Below are positions 57,813 through 64,000 of a stretch of DNA of 64,000 bases, piece by piece. The notes beneath the pieces are model-generated. The model saw only the letters and a program-made list of their open reading frames with translations. It was not told the origin of the DNA and did no database searches. The position numbers were made by a program, and so were the translations under genes. This DNA comes from Eledone cirrhosa (taxonomy: Eukaryota), in the NCBI GenBank assembly GCA_964016885.1, contig OZ024754.1, positions 29,574,001-29,638,000 of the forward strand. The letters are read 5' to 3'. Within the stretch, counting starts at the first letter, position 1. Every line of letters starts with the position of its first letter.

Positions 57813-59788
57813 ATGGCTGAGCCACGGCCCCCAGCGATATGTCGGCTGTCGTGCGACAACGACGTAGAAGTTGAGAGGAGCGCTACAGCGAAATTAACAC
57901 ACATTGATAACACAAACACCACCACAAACAAGGTAAACAAAGACACCAATGATACCAATAAGAACTCTAATTTGAAAAAAAATGACAGTAACAGCGACAA
58001 CGAAAATACAGATAACAAAAAAACAAAACAAATACGACAACAATATCAACACCACTAACATGAAAACAAATAGCGATAACACCAACAGCAACAATACCAA
58101 CTGCACCGAGAACAACGGTGGCAGCAAAGACAACAATGATAACAGCGACAGTGCTAACAACAACACCAACAAGAACAACGTCAACAACACCCCCAACGAA
58201 AACAAGACCACTTTCGCTGCGGCAGCAGCAAAAAAGAGGCTATGCTTCAACATGTACCTCTCAAACAAAGATGAAAAGTTGGCGCAGGCATGGAAGCTCA
58301 TCAAGCAAGAGCAAACTTGGGCCAACTTAACTGTCCCGGTAGAAGCTATTGAGGCAGTGGAGCGCAAAACGGTGCATTATAGATGCATCTCAGCACAAAC
58401 CAAAAGGGCAGCGTTAATCCCACAAGAAGATATCGAAGTCGCGCTGAGGTGCATCAGAGAAGACACCCAGTACATAGAGAGGGGCAGACAGTACGGCACC
58501 ATTTCGGTGTTGTTCAAGTCAGAAACCCTCGCGATGAAACACGCCATGACTCCTTGAAACACCAGCAAGGTCATAATGTACCCCTCCCACATGGGAAAAA
58601 GAACGGCCCGTCTCCGCATTCCCAGAATCCCACCAGGACTTGACATGTGGTGGCTTCTGGGATGTGTGATTGTGGAGGGGACGGATACAGTCCCTATAGA
58701 AGTGACCAGAACCGCCAGAGAGGACTGGTCCGGGGTTGACCTGGAGATCCTTCTCCATATCAGGCCCGAGAATGTGAAGACAATCCCAGACCATATCCGA
58801 CTTCAGAATGGGACTGTCATTCACATTATGACCGAAGGCAAAAGACCGCAGTGTTTTGTTTGTGGGGAAAAAACCCATTTGCGAGCCTTCTGCCCTCAAC
58901 TGCTGAAAGAGGCAAGGGGTCGAAAGGCTCCACTGCTGCCAACGCCGGGCGAGGACCACAACCAACACCTGCACCGTCAAAACCAATAAATACAACAACA
59001 CCAATAGAAAAAACACCACCAACATTGACCACCCAGGGGGGAAACGAGGAAAGCTATCAAATTCCCCCTCCCCCCAAAAATACACACACCAATAAAACCT
59101 TAAACATACATTCAAACACACTTACATACACAGACTCCTCATCTACCAGTAGTGAAGATGAGGGAAATCCCAAATCCCCCAAAATACAAAAAAGGAAACA
59201 CAAAAAGAAAAAAAAACTCAACAAAGCACAAAAGCACCCTCAATAAAAAACGCAGACACCACCCACGCAAACATCTCTCCAATAACACCAACATCAACAC
59301 CACCATCACCATCACCAGAATCCCCCAAACGAAAACAACCGAAACAGACGCAAGAACAAATATACACACAAACATCTGAAACCACAGACATCGCACTCAC
59401 AACAAACACAGATACAACCGAAACAACACCACCAAAACCATCACCACCACAGCCACCCAAACAAATAAAATCACACCAACAAAACATACAAAACTCCGTG
59501 CTCGTCAGGAGGGCCAACAAGGAACTGATGGCCCCCGTAACACGAAGTGAAAATATACAAACAGAGGGGGAAATGTTTAAATCGAGCACATTTCGCGTGC
59601 CGTAAGATTTGGTTCTGGTGCGAATGTCGCTTGACATATTCAAAGAAATACGAGATAGCTTTCCTCGGGACGAGGGAACCCCGAACGTAAAACCCACTTC
59701 AAGACTTTTAAAGGGGTTCCCAAAAGAAACCCCACTAACTATGGAGGTCGAACAATCCGACCTTCACAAGAGCCCGGAAGGTAAGTAA
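57813..59788 (+). pseudogene. Tx1 ORF1, frameshifted
   Basis: TFAAAAA, RGRQYGTISVLF and EGKRPQCFVCGEKTHLRAFCP; homologous to copy 1 ORF1. Confidence 0.85.
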
Positions 59789-59819
59789 ACCTTTCTCTCT
59801 CTCTGTTTAACCTGCCAAC

Positions 59820-62800
59820 ATGGACGTATTAAGAGTAGGATGTTTAAATGTTCGAAGCCTGGGATGGTCCTGGAAGCAGGGTCACCTGCTCAACGACCTC
59901 GGGTCTATAGAAATGGATGTAATTGCAGTCAGCGAGACCAGGATTTCCGACACGCACGCCCTAGCCCCCATTTTCGACGACTATCAGATCTTTGCATCTG
60001 TTAGCCAGCCGGGAATGGGAGGCGGGTGGCATTGCTGTTTAGGAAAGGCCTGGATCTCGAGGTAAGGTCGATCTTCCGGGACCCGGACGGGAAGTTGGTG
60101 GTCCTGGACGTGAACAATAATGAAGGTGGTGCCTTTAGACTGGTGGCCGTCTATGCTCCTACTGGGGAAGGACGGCCGAACTTCTTTAGACGCCTGGAAG
60201 CCTTTCTGGGTACGTCTCGCCCTTTACTGTTAGCGGGGGACTGGAACGGCATCTTAGACGCACGCTGGGACTGTGTGGGAGTATCCGATAGGAGCGGGGG
60301 TGCAAAAGCCTCAAGAACCTGATCAGCCAGTTCCAACTGTCTGACAGGTACCGACTAGATTTCCCTAATGCGCCAGTGTGGACCTGGGCAAACCGCATAG
60401 GGTCATCTAGATCGTATATAGACAGGATATTCATTAGGAAAATAGACAGAAATAGTGTAAGCTGTCCACGTTTTGAAACGGTCGCCTATTCAGATCACAA
60501 GTTTGTGATCTGTATGGTCGACCTAGATAAGACGCGTAGGTTAGGACCTGGTTACTGGAAGCTAAACATGTCATTTCCGACACGTAAGGCTTACAGGGAC
60601 CAGGTCAAAAATTTAGTTAAGAAAAAGTTGACAGGGGGAGTTGTCAACAATAGATGGTGGGGGGCTCTCAAAAGAGAGATTAGAGTAATGTCGATAGAGT
60701 TTAGCAAAGAAGTAGCATTAGAGAAAAATAGAAAGGAGGGAGAGTTGGTAGATAAGTTAGACGAGGCTATTGGTAGTGGCATTGCAACTGATGTGCTAGC
60801 GGCGAGAATGGCATTAGACCATTTCGTCAATGCGAATCACGAAGGTTGCATTGTCAGAGCTAAAGCGCGTGCTCTGAGAAACGAGGGAACCAAAGCTGTC
60901 CGATGGGCCCGCGTGGCAGAGGCGCAGCATGGTAATAAAACCACGATTCGGTCTTTGACGGACCGAGACGGGCTCGAGCTGAGCGATTCCAAGAGGATGT
61001 GTGAGGCCTTTCGCCAACATTTTGCTCGGTTGCTCGGGGCAAGTGGCGGGTCAGAGATGGTGGCGGACTTCAGTCCCTACCTCGATGGCTTGCCGCAACT
61101 CTCGACAGCTGATGCTGGGCGCTGCGAAAGGCCAATTACTTCAGCCGAGATTCAGGATGCCCTTGTAGGCTGCATGAGGCGCTAGTCGCCCTACGAGCTT
61201 TACGTAAATATGCCAGACTTATTCTCCAATCTCCTCGAAGCGCTCTACTGCAACTGGCAGCAAAACGGGAGTATTCCCAGTTCTGTGAGCCGCGCTGATA
61301 AGGAAAGACGAGAACAAGAGGGACACATTAGACAATTTCAGGCCCATAACTCTGCTCAACACAGAGTTTAAGATTTTGGGCAGGGTATTAGCGAAGAGGT
61401 TGGCGCTTGTCGTCGGGGATTTGTTTGGGGAGGCGCAAACTTGGGCAATCCCAACCAGGTCCATACACGACAACCTCCACCTAATGCGATACATCATAGA
61501 GGGGGTAGGGTGTAAACCTGGCTTCGGTGGGGCTCTGATCAATTTAGATCAATCGAAAGCATTCGATAGGGTCGACCATCGGTACCTGGAGGCTGTCCTC
61601 AAGGCGGCTGGCTTCGGCCCCGTCTTCAGAAGCTGGATCGCTGCAATGCACAGCGGCACCTGCTCGATGGTCAAAATTAATGGCCACCTCTCGGAACCGT
61701 TTCAGGTCTCCCGATCGGTCCGTCAAGGGTGCCCTCTCTCCTCCCTTCTGTACGTATTGACTCTCGAGCCTTTACTGCGGAAGCTGGAGCTGTTGCAGGG
61801 CATCCCGCTCGAACCAGGACGCGGAAAGGTTGTGTCGGCTTATGCGGACGACATCACCGTGATGGTGTCCGACACCTCAGAAATCGAGGTGGTCGGCAAC
61901 TTATTGGAGGAATATGAAAGGTTGACGGGAGCAAAACTTAACCCGGAAAAGTCAGTGGGCTTGCAACTCGGCACCTGGAGAGGCAAGTCCATGCCGTCCA
62001 ACAGCGTCGTTAGGCGCTGGACGGACGGACCGGTAAAGTTGCTAGGGGTTTGGTTCGGGCCAGACCTCTAGGTGGATAAGAATTGGGACGAGGTGACGGG
62101 CAGGGTAGTCAGTCTCATCCAGAAATGGGCTGGGATGAAGCTATCACTGAAAGGTCGGGCGGAGGTGGCGAACGCGTACATCGCGTCCGTCATCTACTAC
62201 CGTCTGACTGTCGTTCCTTGCTCCCGTTCGCGCCTCGCCATCTTGGATCGGCTCCTCTTCAAATTCTTGTGGAGGGGTCAGGTTCCGCTGGTGAGGCGGT
62301 CCATCTGCTGCCAGCACCCTCTACGTGGAGGGCTGGGCATGCCGTGGCTAATGATGCGCAGGCACGCACTGAGGCTGCGGCATCTCCAGATATTCTGCCT
62401 AAACGGTGAACAGGTGTGGTCGCCGTTTGTCAGACGGGCCTTTCCGCAGCTCGTTTCTTTGACTGAGTTGCAGTCCTGGAAGAGACTGAGACTGTGTGAC
62501 TGGCATCTGGAATGTTGCCAGGCACTCACTGCCCTCTACCAGGCGGGAAATGCGGTCAGTGGAACTTCCACTCTCGAGTTCTATAGAGGATTAGTAGTGG
62601 GCAAGTGCGACGACGCACTCGGAGAGGCTCTGGGAGTCAACGAAGTCGAACTAACCAGTCTGTACCGGAGCACTTTCGAGCCGGGGACGATGGATAATTT
62701 CCAAAAATCCCTCGTTTGGCAGTGCTACCGGGGGGCACTACCGGTTCGAGATAAACTCTACAGGCACGGAAGTGCTGTCAGACGGAGCTGCCCGAGATGC

Positions 62801-63205
62801 GCGCAGAGCGACGAAACCGTTCTGCACGCACTCGTCCAGTGTCCGTGCATTACTGACTTGTGGAGTTATGTTGAACAGCCGTTGTCGCGTGTAGAACGGA
62901 TCTGGCTATCGGCCGAGTCCATAGTGAAGATCGACCCGCCGCCTTCTTTTGGCCAGGAAGGGCAGGCAATTTTCCTCTGTCTGGTGGCAGTAGCGAAAGA
63001 GGTTGTATGGTGGACGAGGTTGAAAGGACTGAAGACAGACACTTTTCTCTTCGGCCAATCCCTCATCAACTTTTTCAAGTTTTACTTGGAAAGGAAGGTG
63101 GGGGTGGAGAGAGAAGTGCTGCCCCCCAGTACATTTGCTGAAAGGTGGGTGAATGTGGCGAGAATGGACCGTGTGAGTGGGTCTACTCTGGTCATGCGGC
63201 TGTAG
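59820..63205 (+). pseudogene. Tx1 ORF2 (APE, RT and C-terminal zinc finger), disrupted
   Basis: CLNVRSL, SETR, GDWN, SDHK, KAFDRVDH, RQGCPLS, YADD, GGLG and CPRC..ETVLHALVQC. Confidence 0.93.
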
Positions 63206-63474
63206 GTAGGTAAATTTGAAGAGGAGAGGGGTGCCCTTCCAGGGTTCTCTCGAAGCGTCGGGTCGTTCAGGACTGGTGGGGAATGTTTTCTTGTAATTTT
63301 CTTGTTACTTTATTGTTACTTTGTTATTGTTACTTTGTTTATTTATATTGTTTACTCGATTTTTCTGTAAAACCCCACTGTCCCAGTCTTTTGTATTGTC
63401 CCCTATATGTCGGCCCTTGTGGCCAATAAATGAAATCATTATTATTATTAGTAGTAGTAGTAGTAGTTGTAGTT

Positions 63475-63506
<32 letters not shown>

Positions 63507-63529
63507 GGTGGTGGTGGTAGTATTAACAT

Positions 63530-63564
<35 letters not shown>

Positions 63565-64000
63565 AGGCGTGTAACATGTACGTAAGATAAAATGATTTTA
63601 GAATTTAAATTACATGCTGATGAAATACATGAACAAGAGTGAGGTAGAAATTGTAGAACAAACAAACAAAAAAACTAATAGATAAATAAATTTAAAATAA
63701 AGAGAAAAAAAACGAAATATAAAAAAACACAACAAGGCATCACTGTGGAAATACGTGCAAGTTACCAGACGTTAATATAAATAAGATATATCAAAATATC
63801 AGTATGTGTTCAATTACAGGATATAACCATCAACTATTTATATGAATCTTGTGAACACATTATATGCATGTATTTATTTATCTTCGTTTTCTTCCCACTA
63901 TATTCCTATGTTTTATCCTTATGTTTCCCTTCTCAATGTTCTCCACTTTGGAATTTAAACCCATCTTTACTGCGCGTTTTCTTTCTCAACCTCACCCTCA

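Larger units (their letters stand above)
57608..63437 (+). mobile_element. Tx1/L1-clade non-LTR retrotransposon copy 2 (related but distinct subfamily), full-length and decayed
   Basis: Starts right after (ATT)n and ends AATAAA-TGAAATC-(ATT)n. Confidence 0.92.

Overview
AT-rich, microsatellite-dense eukaryotic intergenic or intronic DNA. It is most likely cephalopod (Octopus-like), inferred from the tRNA-headed Nin/Deu-type SINE and the transposon content. No intact host protein-coding gene is recognisable; almost all ORF-track entries are microsatellite or minisatellite artefacts. The window is dominated by Penelope-like elements (PLEs) and their non-autonomous satellites. There are three young tandem arrays (units ~496-516, 457 and 466 bp) in which every unit carries a type I hammerhead ribozyme (HHR), i.e. 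a retrozyme-like architecture; two of them start with a fold-back inverted segment. About 15 further intact or decayed HHR motifs from several unrelated families are present, together with PLE GIY-YIG, RT and N-terminal fragments and many fold-back palindromes. Nearly all of these sit in (TA)n tracts. The window also holds two head-to-tail Tx1/L1-clade LINEs each bounded by (ATT)n, a 6.7 kb C/A-rich minisatellite grown from a seed found unexpanded 11 kb away, RTE-related fragments, a TIR element and numerous SINEs.
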